Sequence record: PV730299.1
DNA from: a phage
Strand: one strand, 5' to 3'
Length of the DNA: 64,000 nucleotides
Shown here: positions 19,401 through 27,956 of the stretch, one piece after another
How the letters are laid out: every line of letters starts with the position of its first letter
Numbering within the stretch: position 1 is the stretch's first letter
The notes under the pieces: generated by a model
What the model was told of the DNA's origin: nothing
Seen by the model: only the letters and a program-made list of their open reading frames with translations
The model's database searches: none
Translations under genes and position numbers: made by a program

Positions 19401-19610
19401 ACCATTTTCATAGAAGCCCTCAAATTCGTCGGAGTCGGCATTGTAGCGAACGGAAGACGGGAGTCCTGCGCTGGCATTACCCTCGGGTAAAGTCAGGACA
19501 GCATCTGGTCCATGCTCAATCGTACCCGTGTTGAGGACACCAGCCAAAGTAGACTGCTCTTCAGCCGCCAGACCGAGAGGGAAAACAGGCTGTGTTGGTT
19601 TATTAGCCAT
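16467..19610 (-). CDS. tailspike protein, about 1047 aa, with ~350-aa N-terminal extension (likely baseplate attachment)
   Basis: Shared anchor module internal; start moved to ATG 19610 (MANKPTQ) because ORF-track ATG at 19640 lies 4 nt from the promoter motif. Confidence 0.75.
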   Translation of the reverse strand: MANKPTQPVFPLGLAAEEQSTLAGVLNTGTIEHGPDAVLTLPEGNASAGLPSSVRYNADSDEFEGFYENGGWLPLGGGGIRWEVLPHASTATLTGGRGYLINNTTGVSTVVLPSPTRVGDSVTICDAYGKFATYPLTVSPSGNNLYGSTEDMAITTDNVSATFTWSGPEQGWIITSGVGLGQGRVYSREIFTKILASETSTVNLNTPPTIVDVYADGKRLAESKYSLDGNVITFSPSLPANTELQVIEYTPIQLGNVGGSGSSTITWVYNGGSAIGGETEITLDVVVDDVPAIDINGSRQYKNLGFTFDPLTSKISLAQELEPEDEVVVIINGTPNIYNQIDYTLREVARVANVKDTEVVYFSVGAALSGYKVIYDKETQRAYPLPADIVPGTTAVSLSPSAVLVHSAGSVDLGELAVSREEYVTLSGTFETGVTVNTKNELVVFADGKYRWDGVLPKEVSAGSTPENSGGVDLGAWVSVGDTSLRSNLLKNNGFSLIGGVRGLVKTSEAGSLLAAIETALANDADVLIDSVQNITTPIRKSLNGKDIKIISTPDGWINFTPTDTNTYYQILTFDGTGVESVTTKVKIDGGKVRGVGRAVVGITVNNVYAHYESSEMRNISACVNTVTAQLHICYGVKYYNVFQQLASQDWSAGVYGYGTVPIDCELVSVDSCIFGVSGAPLDRHAVYCSSQADGTGATRQAFVYNNTAVMRDYTTETAETSVEICFKFIGTNRVHLHHNTLRGGYGFCLVTLHKSQSIENIRIDNNRARTYARGIIIAGQNEASADPDATWYVDELQMADNHFRMREAVAGISNGAEWRNTYRVSDVGSSYVNEAFATVNALAVYYPKTDRIRTESFRSESCYYQGFQNITREMAPTYTYIDISCRNAVNTQNPLNASGATVQNVKVRGLDNTAVWKDYTATAIVGFSYYDPSFLKFIRCAGAGLWEDEDGYPVVGLSTGRPTRLREGLKFYQTDSATMITWTGSNWVLQSAGYVGIIKAGTTSQINAVNKALLGYGHVIYNTDTKKPAFFDAYAQAWKYADGSAM

Positions 19611-19647
19611 TTCAAATACCCCTAAATGTGTTCGTTTCATCTAGGGG

Positions 19648-19654
19648 TATTTAG
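19648..19654 (-). promoter_or_regulatory. late-promoter-like motif CTAAATACCCC with inverted partner
   Basis: 34 nt upstream of ATG 19610. Confidence 0.5.
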
Positions 19655-19662
19655 TTTTCACT

Positions 19663-20853
19663 TTAGAAAGAAGCTACAATAGAATAATCGACCGAACAAG
19701 CAGTTGTTGTATTCGCATTAACAACGGAAATTCTCAATTTACCACCCACCACAGCCCCTGTGAACGTCACTGTACCGCTCGTACTTTTCTGAACCAACAA
19801 CTCCGATTTGATCGTTCCGTCGCGAGTTATGGTTACTCGATATGTATCAACAACGTTACCTGTTCCCCATTGCGCGGTCACCAGTATTTGACAAAGGTTC
19901 ACCAAATCAAAATCTGGAAGAGCCGTCGTCCCAGAAGCCGAAACCGTGTAAGAAGACAAATTCGTTTTGGTACGATAAACGGCGTTCCCTAAACTATTGT
20001 CGACAGAGGTCATCTTGGCATTATACGTTGATACACTAACTTTATCACTGGAAAGAGAACTGATGCTGTTATCCAGAGATGTCATCTTCGTGTTGTACGT
20101 GCTGACCTCGACTTTATTACCCAGAGACGTATTGATATTGGAGATACTCAAATCCAACGACGCCATCTTAGTGTTGTAAGTCGATGTGTTGACTTTCCCG
20201 TTCAACGATGTGTTGATGTTATTAATCTGGGACTCTAGACTCAGCATATCTGCGTCATACGCTGTCTTTGTCACATATCCATTAAATCGGTTATCTGCAA
20301 ACAACGCATCAAAAAATGCAGTCATTGTCCAATAACGTGCTCCAGAATCTGTTTGTACTGGAATTGAAGTCGGCATCGTTGATCCGGTATACGCAGACAA
20401 TCTGGTGAAATCCAAATTGAATTTGTAATATCCGGATGCCAACAACTCCCCAGCCAAACCAGAACCAGGTGGGGTAGTGTCTTCACTGACACCATGCTTT
20501 CTCAACATGCTCAGGTTAACACCATCTGTCGCTACTATAGGCTCATCCGCGATAGACAGTTTCTTTCCAGCCGGAACAGTCAGGCCGCCGTTGGCTGTCA
20601 ACAACGCAGCAAAAGTCTTGTTCCCGTTGATCGTTTGTTCACCACCGTCGGTGCGGATCACTTTGTTTTCCAGTGTGTCGTAGATATTATCCACAGAACG
20701 CTTCAGCTCGTATGTCAAATGAGCTGAAGGAGGGAACAACGGATCATCAACAGCGAAATCGTTGACAACATCAGTCTTGCTTATTTTGTCGTCAACAGAA
20801 GAAAGGATTGCATCAATCTGCTGACCTGTGTATCGACTCAGAAAATCGGCCAT
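19663..20853 (-). CDS. tail fibre-like protein with tandem ~20-aa repeats, 396 aa
   Basis: AAGGAG RBS; repeated STYNTKM-SLD-SIS-INTSLGNKV units in the central region. Confidence 0.6.
   Translation of the reverse strand: MADFLSRYTGQQIDAILSSVDDKISKTDVVNDFAVDDPLFPPSAHLTYELKRSVDNIYDTLENKVIRTDGGEQTINGNKTFAALLTANGGLTVPAGKKLSIADEPIVATDGVNLSMLRKHGVSEDTTPPGSGLAGELLASGYYKFNLDFTRLSAYTGSTMPTSIPVQTDSGARYWTMTAFFDALFADNRFNGYVTKTAYDADMLSLESQINNINTSLNGKVNTSTYNTKMASLDLSISNINTSLGNKVEVSTYNTKMTSLDNSISSLSSDKVSVSTYNAKMTSVDNSLGNAVYRTKTNLSSYTVSASGTTALPDFDLVNLCQILVTAQWGTGNVVDTYRVTITRDGTIKSELLVQKSTSGTVTFTGAVVGGKLRISVVNANTTTACSVDYSIVASF
19986..20256 (-). repeat. in-frame tandem repeats (~60 bp units) inside fibre-like gene
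   Basis: Repeated protein units STYNTKM-SLD-SIS-INTSLGNKV with matching nucleotide periodicity. Confidence 0.55.
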
Positions 20854-20855
20854 TT

Positions 20856-21710
20856 TTAACTCCTTGAACTTTCTAGGAATACAGTAAACCCAGCAGGATG
20901 GAAATGCTGACGGAAGACGCGATCAAACACACCTTCAAAATCAGATACGTTGCCAGGAACTCTTATCACATACGTGAATTCATCATAGTAGTAATCGTCA
21001 CGCATTCCTGTCGCGCCGTCACATTCAAAGTTGTCATCCAGGCCACCAATTGCTTCCTTGGGATAATACACACTCACTGGGCAACCAAAGTAAATCCAGA
21101 AGAACAATTCAATCGCTTTCTTCGTCCCGCGAATGCGATAAATGTGTTTAAGTAACTTCAACCAGCGTACATGGTCCAGTGTCCGGCGTTCAGTTCCCTC
21201 GACATACACAGAGAGTGTGTCTCCGTCTGAAGTCACCAAACTGTCCGAGCCAACTGGCACAAACTTCCCGAACTCCAGGAAGGACTTATCAACCGTTCTC
21301 TGGAATCCAAAATCAGCATACCAATCGTCGATGCGTTCGTTCTTGTCTTCCATTGAGATTAATGGTCGACCGTCCACGTCCAGCAAATCTTCGAAGTCTA
21401 GCGCCATCATGTTCTCAAACGTGCGCGTCAGGAACTTGTCTTCCAAGAAGTCTTTGGCCTCAGTACCTGGCGTCTTGCGCTTCTTGATGTCAATCAACTG
21501 CTCAATAGGAGACTGATCCGTATTTGGGTTCACCCAACCACCAGTGTCTGCCAGATACGCCAAGATCTCCTCTTCGGTGAATCCCTGCTGGCAATACAAC
21601 CAGTTGAAGAACGTATCCATAAACTCAATGAATACTGGGAATTCATTCTGGTAAAACAATGGGGTTTCATATTTCACCCCATTGTGTCCGTTATTAAGAT
21701 CTTTGGACAT
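20856..21710 (-). CDS. hypothetical late structural protein, 284 aa
   Basis: ORF track; GGAGGTG RBS; overlaps end of upstream gp6-like gene. Confidence 0.6.
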   Translation of the reverse strand: MSKDLNNGHNGVKYETPLFYQNEFPVFIEFMDTFFNWLYCQQGFTEEEILAYLADTGGWVNPNTDQSPIEQLIDIKKRKTPGTEAKDFLEDKFLTRTFENMMALDFEDLLDVDGRPLISMEDKNERIDDWYADFGFQRTVDKSFLEFGKFVPVGSDSLVTSDGDTLSVYVEGTERRTLDHVRWLKLLKHIYRIRGTKKAIELFFWIYFGCPVSVYYPKEAIGGLDDNFECDGATGMRDDYYYDEFTYVIRVPGNVSDFEGVFDRVFRQHFHPAGFTVFLESSRS

Positions 21711-23472
21711 AACGCACCTCCGGCTCCACAGTTACAGCACCGATGCGGAGCACCTGATTCTGTGTGGCCTGAATGTTCTGGTCAAGACCGTCTGGAGATA
21801 CAATTATTGTCACACCCTCAGTGTTGTAGTTGGATACTATGATACGCTGGAGTTCAACAACGCCAGTTGCATAATCAACCGTTCCAACAGCTTGTACCAG
21901 ATATTCCTTGGTCGTATCTGTTGTACTCACCTTGTACATATTCAGGACACCACTGACGTCGCGTATGTAGTAAGTGAATTCGACCTCGGCCGGAAGCGGC
22001 TTAAACCCACTGATACGCACAGAACCAGACGCAATCGAGCGCCCAAACTCGAATGTGAAGCTGTCCAGTACCCCGTAGTCTGGCTTGAAATGGCGTTTAT
22101 ACTTCACAGAAGTGATGTTTGACACTATCGATCTGTCCATGTCGGTGATGGCCGACTGTAACTGCTCTTTATCGAACAGTTCGTCGAATCCTTCTAGATT
22201 CCCCAAGCCCCAGTTGACAACACCGTTCTTCACGACTGTCTTCAACTGCTCTTCGGTATAGGACGTGGAAGTCGGATCCCAGAACACGCGGGTGGTGACA
22301 TCAACATAAGTCAGTTCAGCGTCGACAATCTTGGGTGTGATCGTGCCCACATTGTACTTGTCCAACGTCGCCACGATATCTGCCTTCTCAGCGCCCGAGA
22401 GAGCCTCACCAACAGAAGGTATCACAGCAATGTAAACGTATCCGGAGTCGGGCGGAGAGAGCGTGTCGCCGCCATATGCTTTGGCGCGGGAGACGTTGGA
22501 GAACAGACGCTCGGTCAACACAGCATAATCGACTTCGGCCACTGCCGCACCCTCAGCCTGATAAGCCAGCGGAGCAAGGCGCTTGATGTCCTCAATGCTC
22601 TCTGGGTCCTTACCACCAGAAGAACGTTCTGACACCAGCTCAACATCTACAAGGTTGAATCCCCCGATGGAAGACGCGGAGGACAAGGTAGTGATGTCAT
22701 TGCCGTCTGCACCAGCTGTCTCCAGATACTGGAGGTACACGACGTTCCCGTCTTCTACTCGCTTACAGATATACCCATCACCGAATTCGAACGTGTACAA
22801 CCCGTCCAACCCCAGCTCAACGAAGTAAAGTTGCGCATACTGGCTCAAATCGAACGGGCTGACATATCGTGAGAAGGTAGACCGCACGTCAGATGTCTCA
22901 GATTCCTGCACCTGCACCACCATATGGTCGATGTCCACGGAAGAAGATGGGATCACATAGGTAGAGATCGCGCTGCCTTCCACATCATAGGACTTGTACA
23001 GCCAGTTACCTTGTATGAGTTTGATGTTCTCGAACTTGTAAGAGCCGTCTACAAGAGAGGCACTCACAGGTTGGTCAACCGTGAAGTTATAGGATTTGCC
23101 ATCCTTCACCCCAATGAACATCGCGCGGCGATCCATTACAATCGTGTCTGGAGCCGTGCTGGCGTCATATGGAGTGACTGTGACGTTTGCGTACAGGTAC
23201 GCGGCCTGGTAGTTGTGAGGGGTGTAAGATAAGAACCCCGCCGCCAGACCGACATTAGAACGCTGTTGAGCAGAGTGAAGATGGCTTTCGCCATTCAGCA
23301 TGTTCTGCATGAACCCGATAGAGTTGGCATCCGAGGCCAAGATACGCACGATTGCACTGAGACCAGAACCTTCAAAGTCATAATCCTTGAAAGTTGGATC
23401 AGCTTTCATGCGCTTCTTGATAAGATACTCGAAAGCCCTGACATCGAGTGAAGGGACTGTTTGCGTGGCCAT
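21694..23472 (-). CDS. baseplate wedge protein, T4 gp6-like
   Basis: N-terminal DYDFEGS motif and MATQTV start resemble T4 gp6 as I recall it; start set to ATG 23472 (ORF track 23523); CTAAATA motif about 40 nt upstream. Confidence 0.7.
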   Translation of the reverse strand: MATQTVPSLDVRAFEYLIKKRMKADPTFKDYDFEGSGLSAIVRILASDANSIGFMQNMLNGESHLHSAQQRSNVGLAAGFLSYTPHNYQAAYLYANVTVTPYDASTAPDTIVMDRRAMFIGVKDGKSYNFTVDQPVSASLVDGSYKFENIKLIQGNWLYKSYDVEGSAISTYVIPSSSVDIDHMVVQVQESETSDVRSTFSRYVSPFDLSQYAQLYFVELGLDGLYTFEFGDGYICKRVEDGNVVYLQYLETAGADGNDITTLSSASSIGGFNLVDVELVSERSSGGKDPESIEDIKRLAPLAYQAEGAAVAEVDYAVLTERLFSNVSRAKAYGGDTLSPPDSGYVYIAVIPSVGEALSGAEKADIVATLDKYNVGTITPKIVDAELTYVDVTTRVFWDPTSTSYTEEQLKTVVKNGVVNWGLGNLEGFDELFDKEQLQSAITDMDRSIVSNITSVKYKRHFKPDYGVLDSFTFEFGRSIASGSVRISGFKPLPAEVEFTYYIRDVSGVLNMYKVSTTDTTKEYLVQAVGTVDYATGVVELQRIIVSNYNTEGVTIIVSPDGLDQNIQATQNQVLRIGAVTVEPEVRYVQRS

Positions 23473-23512
23473 GATAATCTCCATCACCTGAGTTTGAATA
23501 TGGTGTTGAAGA

Positions 23513-23519
23513 TATTTAG
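23513..23519 (-). promoter_or_regulatory. late-promoter-like motif CTAAATA
   Basis: About 40 nt upstream of gp6-like ATG 23472. Confidence 0.4.
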
Positions 23520-23838
23520 CCAACGGGAATCAAAACGGCTCGCGCGCGTTTAATTTATTCGAATATAACTCGCGAGGGGGCTGACGCCCTCGCTCGTAAC
23601 ACCGCCCTGTGCGGGCAGCACCATTCCACAGCCATGGAGGCTGCTTCTCGTTGTTCGTTGACACTCACAACTCGAAGGGCACTGCGTTAGGATACAGTTT
23701 CTTGATGTTGTAGAAAAGTAGTTTTTACCTATTAATAATCACTGTCATTATTTTATTGGTCATTCCTGTGTTTATATTCAATAAACATACTCCCAATATA
23801 ATAACGGAGACATTTAATCAATCCAGTGAGGCTCCGGA

Positions 23839-24408
23839 ATGCACATTAACACAGCAATCATGAAACACATTATTCCTTTGTTAGCAAAATACGAAGGGGA
23901 ACGCGCCACGAAAATCCCTTTTGGAACAATCACCGATGAAGTGAAACGCCTGACAGGTAAAAGTATCAATTTCCGTCGCGTTATTGAATCTGCGTTAGAG
24001 TTGGCCCGTTCTGATTTACGAAATCCAACATTTTCATTTAATATTGACATAACTTCTTCTCTTCGACAAGAAATGGAAGAATCATCACAAGCGCGGCGCA
24101 ATCGTTTCCGTCATTTATATGTTCGTAACGAATTCTCTGAAGGTCGTGTTGGTATGAAACTGGAGTCTATTCGTTCTGACATTTGCTTCACTGTCAACTA
24201 TGTTTTAGAGCCAGAAAGCGGGCGCATTTATTTTGGCGCGATTATCGGTTTCTATGGGAACTCTATTAATGGTTGGGCTGAACGCGTTGGATTAAAAGAA
24301 ACCCAGAACACTCATTCCACACCTTCTACCCATTATATGACGCATGAAGCTGCTGGCGAATATGTTTACCTTCTGCGTCGTATTGTGAAGTTAGAAGTGT
24401 TAAAATAA
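23839..24408 (+). CDS. hypothetical early protein, 189 aa
   Basis: ORF track; first plus-strand gene after AT-rich divergent control region. Confidence 0.55.
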   Translation: MHINTAIMKHIIPLLAKYEGERATKIPFGTITDEVKRLTGKSINFRRVIESALELARSDLRNPTFSFNIDITSSLRQEMEESSQARRNRFRHLYVRNEFSEGRVGMKLESIRSDICFTVNYVLEPESGRIYFGAIIGFYGNSINGWAERVGLKETQNTHSTPSTHYMTHEAAGEYVYLLRRIVKLEVLK

Positions 24409-24465
24409 CGCTTTATTCAATAAATAATTGCAGTAAAGTTAGTTGCATGGAAGGGAGGGAACACT

Positions 24466-24612
24466 ATGTTTTACATGATGTTACTCCTCATCCTCCTGAT
24501 CGGGATTACCTTTACTCTCCTGGGTCTACCCGATCAGTCCGGTAAACAGACGCCCACTTCGGCGCATCCGGTTTTGTGCGAAGGTTCGTCCGCACTGCTG
24601 TGGGCAGTGTAG
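24466..24612 (+). CDS. small hydrophobic peptide, 48 aa
   Basis: ATG with AAGGGAGGGA RBS 6 nt upstream; single hydrophobic helix; below ORF-track size cutoff. Confidence 0.35.
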   Translation: MFYMMLLLILLIGITFTLLGLPDQSGKQTPTSAHPVLCEGSSALLWAV

Positions 24613-26439
24613 CTCAAAGAGGAGAGGACTTTTCAAATTAGCTGGGCTGCAGTAAAGTATTAAGCGTGAGGCGAACAACGCATCGAGTTAGGCATCTAAA
24701 GCCGACCTCGCTAATCCCAGTCTCAGGGGCATGCGTGAATAGAGGCGTGATATCCACCTTGCATGGTGTCAGTGGACGCACTTGACCGTCGGAGAACGAA
24801 ACTCCCTGTTGTAGCGTGATTAGCTCAGAATCAGAGAGCACCCCGTTGGCAAGTCGACACCAACGCAAGGGGAGGTCGGGGGCGCTAATCTCCATCACGC
24901 CGACAACATTATGAGTCTTCCATAGAGGGTTCATAATGTTGCGTCAAAGGGCAACAAGGTTCCTGTTGGTTGAATTAACTTGATTCATAGTTCCTACTGA
25001 TCTTCCCGGATTCGAAGGAGCACCAACAGGCGAGGCCGGATGCGTAAGTTCCGGTAAATCGATGGTGATACCCTCGCCAACAAAAATAAAAGGTTTTATC
25101 AATAACGGGTTACAAAGTATAGTTAACCCACTGAAGCGAAAAGCTGTTTGGGCATTAGACAAACACTTCGATGTGAACCCAGGACATGGTGTCTTGTGCT
25201 CAAACAGGTTTTCGTTTTCGTTGTGAGTGACTTTGCGGGTTTTTAGAAACTGACCAAGCAAATAACTGCTAATGATTCCGAAGTTCTGATGGCGGCGTAA
25301 CAGCCTATAAGTCAGTGAGGTCTTCCGATTCCTCATCACCAAATTCGGCGCACTAAAATAGACGGGAGGGTGTGATTAATAATCTCCCGTCGACAATGCC
25401 GTTATATCTGACTGTCCAAAGGGGATAAGCTCCTGAGTAAGCAGAGGTGGGTTGCCTAAGTCAGATGGGATGTAAGGTCAGCGCTGGCCAAGCATTTGGG
25501 TTCGACTCCTAAAAACGGCTCCACATCTTTGAGGATATTCTCACGAGTATCTTGAAAGATGTGAGCGAAGTCTTGCCATCAGCCCTGATCCCTGGCAGGT
25601 GAAGGGCACACAAATCGAAGTGTCTTGACAATTTATCTTAAACCCAAAGGTTGATCTAGAAATTGGGCGGCCAATCCGGTGGACGATAACAGCATATTGG
25701 GCCATACTGTTGAGTCAGGGCACTTCGATTTGTGAACTTGAGAGAGCATTGGGTGAAATAGACCATGCCTTGCAGATTGCGATGTCTACACACATTCCGG
25801 ACACTGGTGGGCACCAAGAAGAACTCAGTAGCAGACGAGCCATCAGGGTTAGCTACCCGGCGCGGCGAGGACTGGGAGGCCGAACTAAGGGGAAACCCGA
25901 GACAGGCGTAGTATTCTCAAGTTCACAAAATGAAGAGCATTTAAAGAGTTCGATTCTCTTTCAGGCCATTCGTGGTGTGATGTGAGTCATGAATGTTCTT
26001 CATCTTTGGGTGATTCTATGTTGCCGGGCTATCAACCCATGCTTGCTGGAGCAACCAGCGGCTCTGAATCAACCAGCCAGCCTAGTTTGGTCCGAGCGTT
26101 AGAGGACAAGTTGCTTCTGTATGGAAGCTGCGAGTTGTAACATTTGGTTGCAACTTTGATGGCTCTGGATTTTATAAACCATGTCTATGGGTGACGCGGG
26201 ATCTTTAGTACCAGAGCTATCAAAGTTGTGTCCAACCCGATCTTACAAGCCCGTATCCCGGTCTGGTTAAGACTTGTAAGTGGAAAGCCCTGGAAAAATA
26301 AACGCCTGTGGCGAGGCTATGGTGCAAGCCAAAGACCCACAGAAGCGCATGCCGTGAGGCGCACAAACAGGCATGCATGAACTGATCATGCACAAACGGG
26401 ATAAAGGGTTGACAGTCCTTGGTTGGTACACAATAATTT

Positions 26440-26516
26440 GGTCCTGTAGCTCAGTCGGTTAGAGCAGTGAACTCATAATTCATTGGTCATTGGTTCAAAC
26501 CCAATCAGGATCACCA
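26440..26516 (+). tRNA. tRNA with CAT anticodon (Met, or Ile2 if lysidine-modified)
   Basis: Manual cloverleaf: acceptor GGTCCTG/CAGGATC, D-arm GCTC-AGTCGGTTA-GAGC, anticodon loop CTCATAA, T-arm ATTGG-TTCAAAC-CCAAT, encoded CCA. Confidence 0.85.
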
Positions 26517-26769
26517 TGTTAAGGGGTGTGAAACATAACACTCCGACAAACACAGTAAGCGTTGCAGCCAGCTGTGTATAAAATGGGGATGACTCCGCAT
26601 CGGAAACGATGCCCCAACTTCCAGAAATGGTCGGGCGCAAAGCCTGTAAAGTTCCAGGAGATCGAACCAGAAGGCACTGGTCGCCAGTTAACCAATCGGC
26701 GCTGAGAAGCGCGGGGAGTTGGGCTACGGCAGATCAAATGCTCAATCGGGTGTGAAGCCCGTCCAAATT

Positions 26770-26858
26770 GGAAGGTTGCCCGAGAGGTTTAAGGGACTCG
26801 ACTGCTAATCGAGTGGGGCTTTTAGCCCCCGAAGGTTCGAATCCTTCACCTTCCGCCA
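26770..26858 (+). tRNA. tRNA-Ser (GCT anticodon), type II with long variable arm
   Basis: Manual cloverleaf: acceptor GGAAGGT/ACCTTCC, anticodon loop CTGCTAA, variable arm GTGGGGCTTTTAGCCCCC, T-arm GAAGG-TTCGAAT-CCTTC, discriminator G plus CCA. Confidence 0.85.
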
Positions 26859-27228
26859 AATTACGGGCGTGACTTCCTGAAGAGTTAGAAGATGTGCATG
26901 TCGACTCTCTCGTAATCGGGGTGTTTAGGAAGTTAAGAAAATCGCGGCGAGGATAGTGAAATGCAAATAGCTTTCTCTACGTCGACGACTTCAGGTTCGA
27001 CTCCTGACGCGCTCTCCCATAGGGTAGTACCAGTGCAAGCGTGTAGTCTTTCAACCCATCCCATCGATGTGGTATAGCCGGATATCCTATCCGGCTTTCT
27101 TTTTATCCCTGTCTTATTATCTTCTTATCGGCCCAAGCATGTCCTCCTTTATCATAGTTTGTTCAATGATACAAAGGGGGTTTAAAATTTAACCGTTAAC
27201 CCCCTGTCATAGATTTGAGGATACACCG

Positions 27229-27417
27229 ATGCGTAATGTTTCTATCTGGGAATTGAACGAAGTGATTTCCCGTGACACCCCTCCAATTGTCAGACTCTTC
27301 CGATACAAGGGTGTCAAGCGCACTCTGAATGAGTTCCTGTCGCCTGTTTACGTCTACCGTGATGGCGGGTTCTTCCGCCGCGATAAAAAACATCCCGAAC
27401 CTTGGTATGACGTTTGA
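27229..27417 (+). CDS. hypothetical protein, 62 aa
   Basis: ORF track. Confidence 0.4.
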   Translation: MRNVSIWELNEVISRDTPPIVRLFRYKGVKRTLNEFLSPVYVYRDGGFFRRDKKHPEPWYDV

Positions 27418-27886
27418 TTTGAGTATCAAAGGCCAGGTTGTGCTGATGGGTTATGGTAGCCTGGAACAATCTGAGAAAGGCCAGGGCGCTCCACTTATGG
27501 TCTTCGGTTCGTTTGAACAAGCCGTGCACTGGCTGATCAGAAACGGATATGATTTCTATGGCGAAGAAAGCGCCAATTGGCGTCGTCGCAAGGTCAAGTC
27601 TGTTGATCTGGTGGATTTGAATCTGATGTACCAGGCCATGGCTCGCGAGTATGAAAAGAATCTCGTCAAGCCTGTCGCTCAGGAGAACAATGTTGTTAAC
27701 GACGCAACTGAGTCTTCTCATCATGACGTGAACATCGTTCCAGCCTGTGAAACGAAAGCACCGACACCGCCTACTCCTCCGGCCAGTCGTGTTCTGAATG
27801 ATCAGGGTGCTCCAGTAAAACAAAAGGTCAAAAAGCCAACTTTCATGGATAACATGATGAAGTTCCTTCGTCTGTTCAAGAAGTAA
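27407..27886 (+). CDS. hypothetical protein, about 160 aa (start uncertain, alternative ATG 27446)
   Basis: ORF-track frame; first ATG overlaps stop of upstream ORF. Confidence 0.45.
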   Translation: MTFDLSIKGQVVLMGYGSLEQSEKGQGAPLMVFGSFEQAVHWLIRNGYDFYGEESANWRRRKVKSVDLVDLNLMYQAMAREYEKNLVKPVAQENNVVNDATESSHHDVNIVPACETKAPTPPTPPASRVLNDQGAPVKQKVKKPTFMDNMMKFLRLFKK

Positions 27887-27908
27887 TCCGAGATTCTCCT
27901 TTTCTATA

Positions 27909-27948
27909 CTCCTGTAGATACACTATGATAAGCCAATGTCTACAGGAG
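27909..27948 (+). promoter_or_regulatory. perfect 10-bp inverted repeat hairpin sequestering the RBS of the PLP-enzyme gene
   Basis: CTCCTGTAGA (27909-27918) pairs with TCTACAGGAG (27939-27948); 3' arm contains the AGGAG RBS. Confidence 0.45.
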
Positions 27949-27956
27949 AAAATAGA

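Noticed and set aside
24990-25020. tmRNA-like 5' end (CTGATCTTCCCGGATTCGAAGG)
   Set aside because: No matching 3' acceptor/T-arm at the expected distance and no tag reading frame identified; left as a remark within the ORF-poor region finding
24638-25342. Two minus-strand ORFs (98 and 132 aa) in the ORF-poor region
   Set aside because: Odd composition, no RBS, region looks like structured RNA; kept only as part of the non-coding finding
26409-26437. Sigma-70-like promoter (TTGACA, 17 bp, AATAAT) just upstream of the CAT-anticodon tRNA
   Set aside because: Predicted start site would fall inside the mature tRNA; could still drive a processed precursor but cannot be supported from sequence
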